Below, piece after piece: positions 26,270 to 38,694 of a stretch of DNA of 64,000 nt. The number at the start of each line of letters is the position of its first letter. Within the stretch, counting starts at the first letter, position 1. The DNA is from Octopus sinensis (Eukaryota), in the NCBI RefSeq assembly GCF_006345805.1, contig NC_043005.1, positions 19,716,001-19,780,000 of the forward strand. Reading direction: 5' to 3'. The notes below the pieces were generated by a model. The model was given only the letters and a program-made list of their open reading frames with translations, searched no databases and was not told the DNA's origin. The translations under genes and the position numbers were made by a program.

Positions 26270-27079
26270 CGGTGTGTGTCTGTCATGTTTGTCCTCCATC
26301 TGCTGACCACTGAGCAGAATGAACATCACGTCGAAGTCTGTCAAGATCTCCGTCAGCGTGCCGCTGATAACTCGTCGTTCATGTTGAGGATCATCACTGA
26401 TGAAGAGAGGTGGGACTTTAGAGTACGATCCTGAGACGATGCAGTAGTTGCCGCAATGGAAGAACTCTTAATCTCCACAGCTGAAAAAGGCATGACAGAG
26501 CCGCCGCCGCTCAATCAAGAGCATGTTCATTGTGTTTTGGGTTTTTTTTTTCTTTTTAGACATCCGCGGTATTGTGCATCGAAAATTCATCCCACAGGGC
26601 CAGACCATCAATTGAGAACACTACAACGACGTTTTGAAGCGTTTGATGGGGGGCATTCGGCGAAAGAGGTCGGGTCTGTGAAGCACAAAGAATTAGATTC
26701 TTCACGACGACAATGCACTTTGTAACCAAGCTCACCTCACTCGTGAGTTTCTGGCCAAAAACAACTTCATGCCGATTCCGCACCCGCCCTATTCAACAGA
26801 TTTAACACTTGCAGACCTCCATCTTTTCTCCAAGACTAAGAGGCATCTCAAAAGTCACCGTTTGAACACGATAGTCGAGATCCAGAGCGATTCGCAGAAG
26901 GTCCTCGACTCGCTTACGAAAAATGACTACCAGGCCGGATTCCAAAAGTGGCAGGAACGCTGGCGCCAGTGTCTTGCTGCGCAAGGTGACTATTTCAAAG
27001 GTGATTGCACTAAAATTTAGGTAAATAAGTTATTTTTTATTAAACATAACTAGTCCGGGAACTTTTTGATACCACCTCG
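26270..27079 (+). mobile_element. Mariner element, 5'-truncated, degenerate
   Basis: IITDEERW..YDPET, LHDDNA, PHPPYSTDLTLADLHLF, W..RW..C..AQGDYF; right TIR CCGGGAACTTTTTGATACCACCTCG|TA. Confidence 0.88.
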
Positions 27080-27348
27080 TACATTACCAAGTTACAAGGA
27101 GCCACTCCCTAGCACCAGCATCACCCTATGGAAGTCTACGTAACATTCCTCCTGCACGCTATAGACTAATTGAACTGGCTCTAATTAGTATTTTCTATAA
27201 GATACCATTGAGTTCCGCTATTCATCTTATTGTCACCTAAATGATTACACATTGTGAGAAAGTTTGAATAGTTGTGGAACGATTCATCAACTTTGAGCGA
27301 ATAAACACTACTCTGATTATATAAATGCACACACTAGCACACACTCAT

Positions 27349-27390
<42 letters not shown>

Positions 27391-27474
27391 CACGTACGCA
27401 CGCACATGCACATACAAATGCACACAGAAATGCATATATACATATATACATATATATGTATGCATACATATGTA

Positions 27475-28835
27475 ACTGACCCGGAAAACATATGCAATTA
27501 AACCGGAAACTTTCATCATAGCTATAGGCAAAATGTATAATGTGAAGGCATGTGGAAGGGATCTAATAGTTGGATACTGGTACGAAAGGCTGGAACTTTA
27601 CAAGAAATCACTAATAAGTATATTCAAAAGCACTATGGAAGTTCAGACTGACATACCAAATTGGCTTGTTATAGCACGGACAAATCTTGTAGCCAAGAAT
27701 GTAACGACTGGATTGACAGACAACTATAGGCCCACTGGTCGCTTAAACATTATGTATAAACTGTACACAAGCTGCCTCAACCAATACCGCTGAGATCACT
27801 TTAAGTCCAACAACGTAGTGACTGATAAGTAGGCCACTGTATAGAAGGAAGTGTAGGTATGTGCCGAATAACTTTTGATGAACACAGCTGTACTGTCTGG
27901 GGTAAAACAAAAAAAATAACATCGTGGGGGACTTGCAACAATATAGCTTGATTACAGGAAGGCATTTGGCTCTATTGCCCACACATGGCTGCTGAAGTGT
28001 CAACCTTTAGCAAAAACGCCTGCAACCTTAATTGCTGCTATTGAGAGAGTCACAAAGACCCGGGCGACAATTCTAACACTTAGAACTGTGAATGGAACAT
28101 TAGTCTTCAATATTATGAATATTTCAAAGGGAATATTTCTTTCTGTAATCCTGTTCATTTTGGTATTAAATCCATTATCATTCTTGCGACGAAGATCAAA
28201 TGGCTACATGCTAGGGTCTGCAACTGCTAGAGATATTAATGTAACCCATAGTTTCTTTGAGGATGACCTCAAGGTTTATGCTAAAAATGTCAACAATGCT
28301 AAGAAGCAGTTGGAATTACAAATAACATTTTCGGCTGACACAAGAATGGAATTTGGCTAATGAAATGTTTAATTTTGGTTACTGAACAAGGAAAATCAAG
28401 CCTTCAGACCCCAATTCTGAGTATCAATGATCTCAAAATTGCTACTGTCCTACACAAAGAATTCTACAAGTAACTAGGCACTGACGAAAACATAATATGC
28501 GAAGGTACTATGAATAAAGTTAGCATAACCAGAGAGTATCATGCCAGACTTAGAATAATATGGCAGTCGCAACTCTCCTCCTACAAGACAATATCTCACA
28601 ATGTATTTGCTGTACCAGTGCTGATTCCAACATTTAAGATACTTGGCTGCTCTGTAGAAGAAATCTACTCCATAGACGTTAAAATCTTTAAGATACAAAT
28701 GTCAACTGGAAACCTCCACAGAAATAGTGATCTCGACAGGATCTATGGAATAAAGGAGGTAAAGGCTTGAGATAAATGCAGACATCCTTCGAATGTCATA
28801 GTCTCTCGCAGACAGCACTTACGAAACAACAGCAG
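27475..28835 (+). mobile_element. R4/Dong-like LINE reverse transcriptase fragment
   Basis: KACGRDLIVGYWY, NYRPTG.LNIMYKLYTSCL, LSVILFILVLNPLS, HSFFEDDLKVYAK; same family as 58001-59645. Confidence 0.85.
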
Positions 28836-28840
28836 CAGTG

Positions 28841-29008
28841 GAGGCGCAATGGCCCAGTGGTTAGGGCAGCAGACTCGCGGTCGTAAGAACGCGGTTTCGA
28901 TTCCCGGGCATTGTGAGTGTTTATTGAGCTCCACGAGGCGCCGGCGGTGAGGGGTGGTGAATACCGCTGTACGCTTTCACCACAACTTTCTCTCACTCTT
29001 TCTTCCTA
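28841..29008 (+). mobile_element. tRNA-derived SINE (family D), 5' part
   Basis: GAGGCGCAATGGCCCAGTGGTTAGGGCAGCAGACTCGCGG...GGTTTCGATTCCC. Confidence 0.85.
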
Positions 29009-29296
29009 CTTCTGTCACAAAGCAGAAGAACCATACTGTAACCCGCTATGGTGTGGTAAACTTTCAGACTCTAGTCTAGATTGCGAATCCTCTGTACCCC
29101 AGGATGGTTCAGCTCTCCACTCGTTAAAAGCCACCCTTTATGGAATGAGGATAACAACGTAGCTTTCGCGCCCGTGCAACCGTCAGTCTATTGTGTGTGG
29201 TGGGTGGATCTTCAAGTTGCCAGACGCATTCTTAGTAGCTTAGAGTAGGCTCGAAGATTAGAGATGATACTTTGTGGCTATGGGTGTGAGTCCTTT

Positions 29297-29680
29297 GAAG
29301 AAGAAGAAGAAGAAGAAGAAGAAGAAAGAAGAAGAAGAAGAAGAAGAAGAAGAAGAAAGAAGAAGAAGAAGAAGAAGAAGAAGAAGAAGAAGAAGAAGAA
29401 GAAGAAGAAGAAGAAGCGAAGAAGAAAGAAGAAGAAGAAGAGAAGAAGAGAAAGAAAGAAGAAGAAGAAGAAGAAGAGAAAGAAGAGAGAAGAAAGAGAA
29501 GAAAGAAGAAGAAAGAAGAAAGAGAGAAGAAGAAGAAGAAGAAGAAGAAGAGAAGAAGAAAGAAGAAGAAAGAAGAAGAAAAAGAGAGAAGAAAGAAGAA
29601 AAGAAGAAGAAGAAGAAGAAGAAAAGAAGAAGAAGAAGAAGAAAAAGAGAGAAGAAGAAGAAGAAGAATAAGAAGAAGAC
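29297..29680. repeat. (GAA)n tract
   Basis: Directly visible. Confidence 0.95.
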
Positions 29681-30548
29681 AGCAGCAAAAATAAATGTAT
29701 TTACTTTGTCCAAGGGCACTTAAAATGTAAAGCGCGGACTCTAGACAAAATAAGAACTCAAATCCTTAACATGAAACACTAACCAGTTTATATGTCATTT
29801 TGAATGAAACCCAAAAGAAATCCCTACCAACTGCTTATTACACAAAAGATAGAAACCATCACCTAACAACGGATATACGCTATACAAATCCAAAACTGAA
29901 GACGTTAACTACGTTGTTGCTGTCCGTGAAAAAATATCATCATGATATTACTTTCCCATAAGAAATAATTTGGTATTCAGAATAATGTGGAACACGCTGT
30001 TAATTTGTTTTAATTAATAAAATTTGTTTTAAGCAATAAAATGAATATAATGAGATTGCTAAATTAAACGAATATTGGTGGAACTACCAAATTAAAACAC
30101 AACCAACTTAATATGGCAGACTGGGACCTCAAAATAAAAACATTGCCTGCTGTAGAAGTCAGCTTGCCACTTGATGACAATGTGATAAGAAAAATAGCTG
30201 AAGAAAAAAGACACTGATGAGTTGTCTCTGAATCCATTTCTCAAAATACGCTTGCAATTTTACAGGAGAGAGAAAATATGTATCAACCAGCTTGGCTCAA
30301 AGTATCACTGAACTTAAACTGTAGCTTTTTAACCCATACATTACAGATTAACAAGATACTTGGAACAATGAAGATCAACAAAACTTTCCGAAAGTTCAAA
30401 AGGTCAATGGTTGCGCAAAGCGCAAAAGATGACGAGCAGAACAAGATAGCTTCCTAATTTTTAATTTTAATTTATCAATTTTTTAAGTACATTTCCTTAT
30501 AACCATGCTACAAATAAACTTTAAAACTCCAGTCAGGATGAACACACA

Positions 30549-30599
<51 letters not shown>

Positions 30600-30653
30600 T
30601 ACATGCGTACATACATATATGTATATATATATGTGTGTGTGTGTATGCATGTA

Positions 30654-30686
<33 letters not shown>

Positions 30687-30845
30687 TCATATGTTAATTA
30701 AATTAATATCTAATTTCTCACACTCATTTAAATTTAAATTTATATATATATATATATATAATACAGTTCTATATCTAGGAGATGAAGAATTCTGTACATT
30801 ATTTACATTTGACGGATATTTGTCATCTTGTTTGTTGTTAACACT

Positions 30846-30914
30846 GCATATGGCGTAGTGGTAAAGAGCGCGAGCCACTAACTCCAAGATTCCGAGTTTT
30901 ATTCCAAGCAGTGA

Positions 30915-30917
<3 letters not shown>
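30846..30917 (+). promoter_or_regulatory. tRNA-derived Pol III promoter head (not a functional tRNA)
   Basis: A and B boxes at tRNA spacing; acceptor stem does not pair; B box decayed. Confidence 0.75.
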
Positions 30918-30995
<78 letters not shown>

Positions 30996-31010
30996 TAATA
31001 ATATAATAAT

Positions 31011-31260
31011 ACAGGAAGTCCATCCCTACAGGAAGTGCAAAAAATCGCGTTAATTGGAATGGCTCATGTATTGAGAAGAGCATTATCGCTGTGAAAACAA
31101 ACATCCATTCATGAATTTATCTATTTATTAATTTTTAAATACATATTTTACCTGTGAATTTGCGCGTGTAATCTGGGAATGCATACAATGAGCTTCTCTG
31201 CCCTAGGTGTACGGAAAACACTCGGCGAGAAACGGAAGAAAATTTGAAGAAAGAAGGAAA
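31011..31260 (+). mobile_element. Dong/R4 LINE 3' end nested in the SINE's (TAA)n
   Basis: TGSPSLQEVQKIALIGMAHVLRRALSL* (31011-31094), the R4/Dong C-terminal QK.AL.G.AH.LRR.L motif; (TAA)n on both sides. Confidence 0.8.
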
Positions 31261-31298
31261 TAATAAAACTAATAATAATAATGATAATAATAATAATA

Positions 31299-31376
<78 letters not shown>

Positions 31377-31437
31377 CAACAACAACAATATCGAAAAATA
31401 TCTTAGGAAAGGGAACCCAGGTTCGAAATTTCCCCAA

Positions 31438-31483
31438 GACACCTGATGAAGGCTGGGGGATATATCAGCCGAACCGTTGTATT
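31438..31483 (+). ncRNA. Minimal type I hammerhead motif, one core substitution
   Basis: GACAC-CTGATGA-A-GGCTG-(10 nt)-CAGCC-GAAC-CG-TT-GTATT; the inverted arm preserves GTGTT, which pairs fully with GACAC (one G-U). Confidence 0.75.
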
Positions 31484-33298
31484 AACAAACAGGATGAGGA
31501 CAAATATCCGTCAAATGTAAATAATGTAAATAATGTATATATATGTATATATATGTATCCGTAAATTGAAATACAAATAAATGCATGAATGAATAGCAAA
31601 TGGAATGCATGAATGAATAACTAATGAATGAATAGAATCGTCTTCCAGTGACCCAGTACAATGTTTATTAGTTCTCAGAAAAGGAAGTGCAGCACCTGTA
31701 AACTTTGCGAGCCATGCCAGACGTGCTTGATCCCTTCGTTGTTAGTTGTAGATTGATGCCTGGGGGAAAACTTGAACTGAAGGTCGCATTCTTGAGAAGA
31801 TGGGTTGTCCAACTGCGGGTTCTGAGACAATAAAAAACGGCGGACACAATAAAACGAAGAGAGACAGTAGTGTTCGGTTGATGGGAGACAAGAAGACAAT
31901 GGCGTATCTGTAGAAGGAGCAAGCAGAATAAGTAGGCTTATAAATCAGTAGAGGTAGTTTTCGTAGTGAATTAGTTTCTTTTATAATCAACCAAATCAGG
32001 ATATTTAACCCTTTTGATACATTATTTCTTTCGAAATACACTACTTTGTTACAATTGATTTTGAAAATAATGAAGAATTTAATAACCTTATTAGTAAGCT
32101 GGTGTTTAGAACACATTTACATGAAATTTTGATAGAAAGTTTTTAATTCAGGTCGATTTAAACAAAGAGTTTGTACCAGAACTAGAAACGGTTTCAGGGG
32201 GGTAATAATGTTTGTATGGTGAGGAGGGGGATAACAGCACATTCCCAGCATTGCTTTTACTCCGGAGACCAATGTTTAGCTTCATCATCATGACTAATAT
32301 TACTATGTGATGTCAAGGTAAATATCCTTTTCAGATTACTTACAGGGATCTCTTGGCACGAATTTCTTTACAATGACACTCAGCATTTTCAATTTACATA
32401 CTAGAAATAGCAAACAAATCCTATTAAAGTCTCTCCTTGGCATCTTAAAAGAGGAAAGTCGGGACGGCCACGCCTTTGCTCATATGTCCGCTCAGAGCTG
32501 GACTGAAGTTAAGCAACATCACTGATGTAGACACATTGGGTAATTCCCTTCTAGAATAAACCATGTTCAACCAAAGCTTTTAAAGATAAATTTGATAGAC
32601 AGAAAGGGTCGAGAATCCGGTTGGAGGTAGTGTTTATGTTCTAGTGTGGGCGGACTTAATTCGGTATCCGGTTTAACATGACTATCTGGCCATAGGGTGT
32701 CTTTATTGAAGTTCAGTTTGTTGCATGTATCCAGGCTAGATCTCCTACCTAAGGATAACTTCTTCCCTCTTTGTCACAAATCACGGTAACTTTGGAAAGA
32801 GTCATGAACGTTGCCCTTCCTCATCTGTTTAAAACATTGACTAAAATAAATCTCAACAACTGAGGTAAACGCAGAATAAGATGTACTGCTAGAAAACGTC
32901 ACCAAAAGTATAGATCGGTTTCAGGCCCTATCTACTTAGCTATGTCAATCAGTTGAGTCAATCTAATCCACTACCTCCTTCATTATGATTGGAACATCCC
33001 GAATTTCGTCGCAGACGATCCTTCAGCGAGATACAGATGTAATATATGTTACCTACTTTTATTGTTTTCTTCTCATTTTTTTCTTTCAGTTTTTCTTCTC
33101 CTTTTGTTCTGGTGTTTTCCTTTGTTTCCATCCTGCTTACATTCCACATACATTTTACAATTTCTGTAATATTCTTCTCTGCCTAACCTTCTCTGCTTCC
33201 ATACTTAACCTACACTTGTCCACTTATTCTTATCTACTTATCTATCCCCCTCACCTCTCTCTGTTGCTTCTCTCTCTCTCTCTCTCTCTCACTCATAT

Positions 33299-33481
<183 letters not shown>

Positions 33482-33681
33482 CTATTTGTGTGTGCGTATG
33501 TATATATCTTTCTCCCTCTCCCTTTGTTTTCAGTTCAACTATCAAATATCTGATCAAATATCCATTTTATTGATCATTTTACAATGGAGAACTGGCTTCC
33601 TAAAACAATAAATCACACGGATTCGAATTCTTCTCTCGCTGCCCCATCTTTCTCTCGCTTTCTCTAGCTTTCTCTCTCTCT

Positions 33682-33731
<50 letters not shown>

Positions 33732-34025
33732 CGCTCGCTCGCTCTTTCACCCTTTCTTTCTTTCTCTCTCTTCCACACAGTACCCCCAACAGTCATGCAA
33801 TCGTGCCTTCCTCCTCTTTCAAAAGATACATATGTGTGTTTAAGCGCCTGCCTCTGTGTGTATGTATGTGCATGTGAATGTATGGTCTGCATACGTGTAC
33901 ATACATGCATCTCTATTCGTTAGAATTTATTTACAATCACACATACATAAATGTATACATATATACATATATACATACACACACACATACTGTCATACGT
34001 ATAAGAGACAGACCGTCAGACAAAC

Positions 34026-34084
<59 letters not shown>

Positions 34085-34954
34085 CAGATAGACAGGCGGA
34101 GACGTATCCTCTTATTTTAACCTCATCTATTGTCCCATATCCATCCATACATCCCTATTCCCCCTTCTTCATTCTCGATCCATCTCACTTCCTCCACAGT
34201 ACCACTATCTCCACCACCGCCATCACCACCACCATCACCACCACCACCACCACCATCACCACTATTACTATCACAACCACCACCACCACCACCGCCGCCG
34301 CCGCCGCCACCACCATCACCACCATTATCTCCTTTTTCTTCAGCATTTGATTAAAGACTATATTTACAAAACCATAATAACAGTTAATAACAGAGCCAAC
34401 CCTAGCAAATTGATAGACGTGAAACAATGTTCACATCTATATATCGTTTCTCTTTGTAATGAACCATTGTTCCAATCTTATCACCGCCCATTTATATAAA
34501 ATAACACATTTCGTATAATTTTATATAACACGTTTTATATAACATATTATATATAATATATTTTTATATAAAATATGCAACGTATTTATCCAACATGATT
34601 TCTGAAATATATCTATGCCAAATGATTTTTTCTGTGACATGTTTACATTCTTGTTGATACATTGCTATGAAATATTTACGAATTACTAGCGGAAGACATT
34701 GAAATTTCACTTTTTTATAAATGTTATTTTATTTTGACGAATAGACTTAGATTTTGTTCATTATTTAAATTTACCAGCTGAAAACATGTAAAAAACAGAA
34801 TATTACAGTAGATGACTCGTAAAACCGTGTGTGTGTGTGTGTGTGTGTATAAAGACCTACTTATCACGTTTGTGCGCATAAAAACGTGAGAAGGACTTTT
34901 AGAAATAGCCCCGCAAACATATATTGGACTGCTTTCACACGTGTCTAAGAGGAG

Positions 34955-34997
<43 letters not shown>

Positions 34998-37025
34998 AAT
35001 AAATATTGGAGTATTTTTATAGAATTGGTGTTTTTTTTAAAGATATCTCTTTGATTTTTAGCAAGCAGTATCTTTGCCCTTCTTTTCTTCATATATTTTA
35101 TGTTATACATGTATAGGTAGAAGTCTTGCTAGCCACCTCATCATTACTGTTTATAACTGTCATAATACTTCACATATTTACTTTCTTATTGTTTATGATA
35201 GTCTCTTTTAAAACGGAGCAGGACGCTTAAAGTTAGAAACGCACACGAGTTGACGTAGTGAATATTTTTAAAATAGATATCAAATACTATTTCTAACCGA
35301 CGATTGCAGAGCATGTTTGTCACGCATAGCATGAAATCAATTGAGATTGGGATATGTATTAACTATCTTCGTATTCCATTATGAAGGTAGGCCTATTTTT
35401 AAAAATATTCATTGCATTGCTCGTGTGTGTATTTATCGTAGAATTTGTGGATTTTTTTTATGCTGTCGCTTTGATTTTTAGCAAACTGTATCTTTACTCT
35501 TCTTTTCTTCATATATTTATATACATATGTATATTTCTGTGTATCATACTCAATGCAGATACATCGAGGAAAGGCAAATTTGACTGTGGTGTTCGTCCAG
35601 AGATAAAGTTCTATGGACATACTGTGTTTAAAAACAGAAATATATTAGCAGTAAATGGCAGTGAGAATGTTTGATGCGCGTTTTTGCCTCGTTTAGCTTT
35701 GTCACCTGATATTTTTCAGTTACTATTTTACTATATGGTGGCAGATTTTATCTTTGCATGCAGCTAACAAGGTGTGCATTCTACTGGCAAAGCCTACGGA
35801 GCAAGAAACGAGGGTCTTTATTGAATTTAAGCTTCTACTGAACAATTTAAGTCTACTACTGATATTCATGTTTTAAATACTGTACGTTCATAACAAAATA
35901 TTATCTCCAGGAGAATACTGTAGTTTATTTGCTTTTTCACGGTGTATCTGCATTGTGTATGATACAAAATTGACTACTTTAAGACTAATACTGCTTCTGC
36001 GATACATTGCAGATTTTTATTCAGTTGGGTGGTTAACTGCAACACCAGTGAATTTTCAATAATTGTTTTTGAATATCAATGTTGATATTCGAGGAAGTAC
36101 CCCAAAGAAACCAGAATTCACTTATAATTCACTATTCACTTAGTTTTACATGTTTACACTCCCCTCACTTATTATGTATCCCCTCTAGGTTTTAGACTAC
36201 TATGCAAATTTCTTTGTCTCTAAGACTCCTTCCCCAAAATTTCTCCATTTTTTTTTTTTTTGGCTGGTGTCGATGATTCACAGTTGTCCAAAAGGATCAA
36301 CAACATCTGCCTCAACTACCTCCTAGAGACTTTAAAGGCTATAGGCACATTCCCATTCCTCTAGACCTGCAGTTCCTGACAAATATAATTTTAAAAAGGT
36401 CACAAAAACAAAATTTTTCACTTGTTACAATCATTTGATAAAATATCCATGAATATGTATATACAGTAAACTATGTCGAGTGTTTATGTCACAATATAAC
36501 ATTCACTACCAGCAAAGATTTGGTTAATAAATTGTAATTATAATCTAAAATAGCATTTTATATGATAAACACGTCATACATAAGAAAGAGAAGTTTTAAA
36601 TTTTTATGTCAGTAGAGAAGTCTCTTGACAACAATTACATGTAAAAAGATGCTTGGCGTTAAAACCTGTCCTGACTGCATGATCAGTCTATTAAGGGCTG
36701 ATAACAGTGGCAATAAATTAATAAATTTTCCTGTCAAGAAAACGCAACTGAATACCATTGGCACACCAACAATCTTCCATAGCCGATTTTTTAAATATTT
36801 AAATACAAAATATAATGTCGACATTTTCTCATCCATGCATTATATGCACACACATGCGCACAAACAGACTAAAAGAACACAACTTGGATAACGGACAGAG
36901 TCAACAACTATTGAAAAGTTTGCAAGACGCAACGAAAATTGAATGACTCTCTTCAGACACAACAGAATATGCTTCAACACACGAACTCACGTAAAGAATC
37001 TTGCAAACCAAATCATATATATATA

Positions 37026-38632
37026 TCAGGTTAAGTAAAAAGTAAGCAACGTTTTGAACCATGAAGAATTTGTGCATAGACTTGCCCAAAAGCATCAATA
37101 AATTAACATTGATATTTTGGTTTTCCGTTGTTACAGTCACCTGAAATGGAACTGTCAAAGTGCGATATTCGAGCAGTTTTGCTATTCGAGACATCAACGA
37201 AGCGTTTGGTGAGGAAATGACCAGTGAGTGGTCAGCTTGAAAATGGTTTAAACGATTTCGCAGTGGAGATCTGTACCTTGAAGATCGTGAGCGTAGTGGA
37301 CGTCCGTGTGTAAAACCACACGAGAACTTGCCAAAGAACTTCAAGTTAGTCAGAAAACTGCCCGCAATAATTTGCCTGCGATCGAAAAATTTTTAAAAAA
37401 TCGACAAATGGATACCACACGATTTGAATGAAAATCAGAAAATGCACAGATACGAAATTTGCTCGTCGCTTCTTCTCCGAAACCAAACCGATCCATCTCT
37501 CGACCGTAATGTAATTTCCGATGAAAAGTGGATTCTGTACAATAAAAAACGTTCTTCGCAGTGATTGGACCATAATGAAGCACCAAAAACCTTCCTTAAA
37601 CCCGAGCTCTTCACAAAGATGACTGTGTGGTGGTGTGCTGCTGAACTCATCCACTATAACATCTTAAAACCCGGAAAAACCATTACTACAGAAACATATT
37701 GCCATGAAATTACAAAAATGAATGAAAATCTGCTACTCCTCCTTCCCAGACTGGTCACCAGAAGAGGGCCAAACATTTTTAATGACAATGCTCGACCACA
37801 CGTTTCACTAATGACGCTCCAGAAGTTGGGGGAACTTGGCTACAAAGTTCTTCCCCACCTAGCTTATTCCATAGACCTTTCTCCTACGGACTACCACTTT
37901 TTCAAGCACGTTGATGGTTTCTTGTGAGAGAAGGAATTCAAAAATCAAACCGATGCTGAAAATGCGTTCAAAGAGTTCACCAGCTCCAGAACTCCAGGTT
38001 TTTTATGTCACCGAAATAAACAAACCTGTAACTCGCTGGCAAAACTGCGTTGATTGTATTGGTACTTACAGTGATGAATACAATTTCCGCATTGTTGAAA
38101 TACAGGGGTTGGACAAAATGATGGAAACACCTAGCAATGGTTTCCCTTCATAGCAGAATTAATAGTCAAGACTATTTTAAGCATTTTATCTGATCAAATT
38201 CATCCTATGGATGCGGAATCTTTCAGGATGATAATGCACCAATTCACATAGCTTAAGTTGTTACTGAATGACACGAGGAAAATTCTAGTCAAGCTGAACA
38301 TCTTATCTGGCCACCACAGTCCCCAGATCTCAATATCATTGAACATTTATGGCATTTTAGACAGACAAGTAAATAGTCGATATCCTCCACCATCATCACT
38401 ACAAGATATGGAGACTGTTTTAGTCGAAGAATGAACAAAAATTCCGTTGGAAACAATTCAAAACTTGTACGAGTCCATACCTCGTAGAATTCAGCTGTAA
38501 TTACTGCCAAATGCGGTCCTACCCCATCTTAAAGTAAATTTGTTTGAAATTTTAACGTATTTCCATTATTTTGTCCAACCCCTGTATATAGTTATGAATT
38601 TCAAAACGTTGCTTACTTTTTACTCAGTCTGA
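37026..38632 (+). mobile_element. Mariner element DD34D (Hsmar1/cecropia-like), both TIRs, degenerate
   Basis: TA|TCAGGTTAAGTAAAAAGTAAGCAACGTTTTGAA and the matching right TIR; WIPHDL, SDEKWILY, DNARPH...DLSPTDYHFF with 34 residues D to D. Confidence 0.93.
38103..38584 (+). mobile_element. Internally deleted Tc1 (same family as 43965-45179) nested in the mariner
   Basis: TA|CAGGGGTTGGACAAAATGATGGAAA...TTTCCATTATTTTGTCCAACCCCTG|TA; body matches 44755-45170. Confidence 0.92.
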
Positions 38633-38641
38633 TACACACGC

Positions 38642-38694
<53 letters not shown>

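Larger units (their letters stand above)
30763..31537 (+). mobile_element. Composite SINE: inverted tail segment, tRNA-like head, (AAT)n, hammerhead-bearing tail; in (TA)n
   Basis: 30796-30844 is the reverse complement of about 31479-31527; A box TGGCGTAGTGG at 30851, B-box-like GAGTTTTATTCC at 30894; HHR at 31438. Confidence 0.8.

Noticed and set aside
29895-29945. CTGAAGA...GAAA candidate hammerhead
   Set aside because: No convincing stem I or stem III; lies near a decayed LINE fragment.
30846-30917. Functional tRNA gene
   Set aside because: No acceptor stem, decayed B box, embedded in a SINE; the other tRNA-like heads are likewise SINE parts.
35555-35655. Possible host exon (CAG...GTAAAT)
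   Set aside because: Weak splice signals, no recognisable protein, no partner exons.
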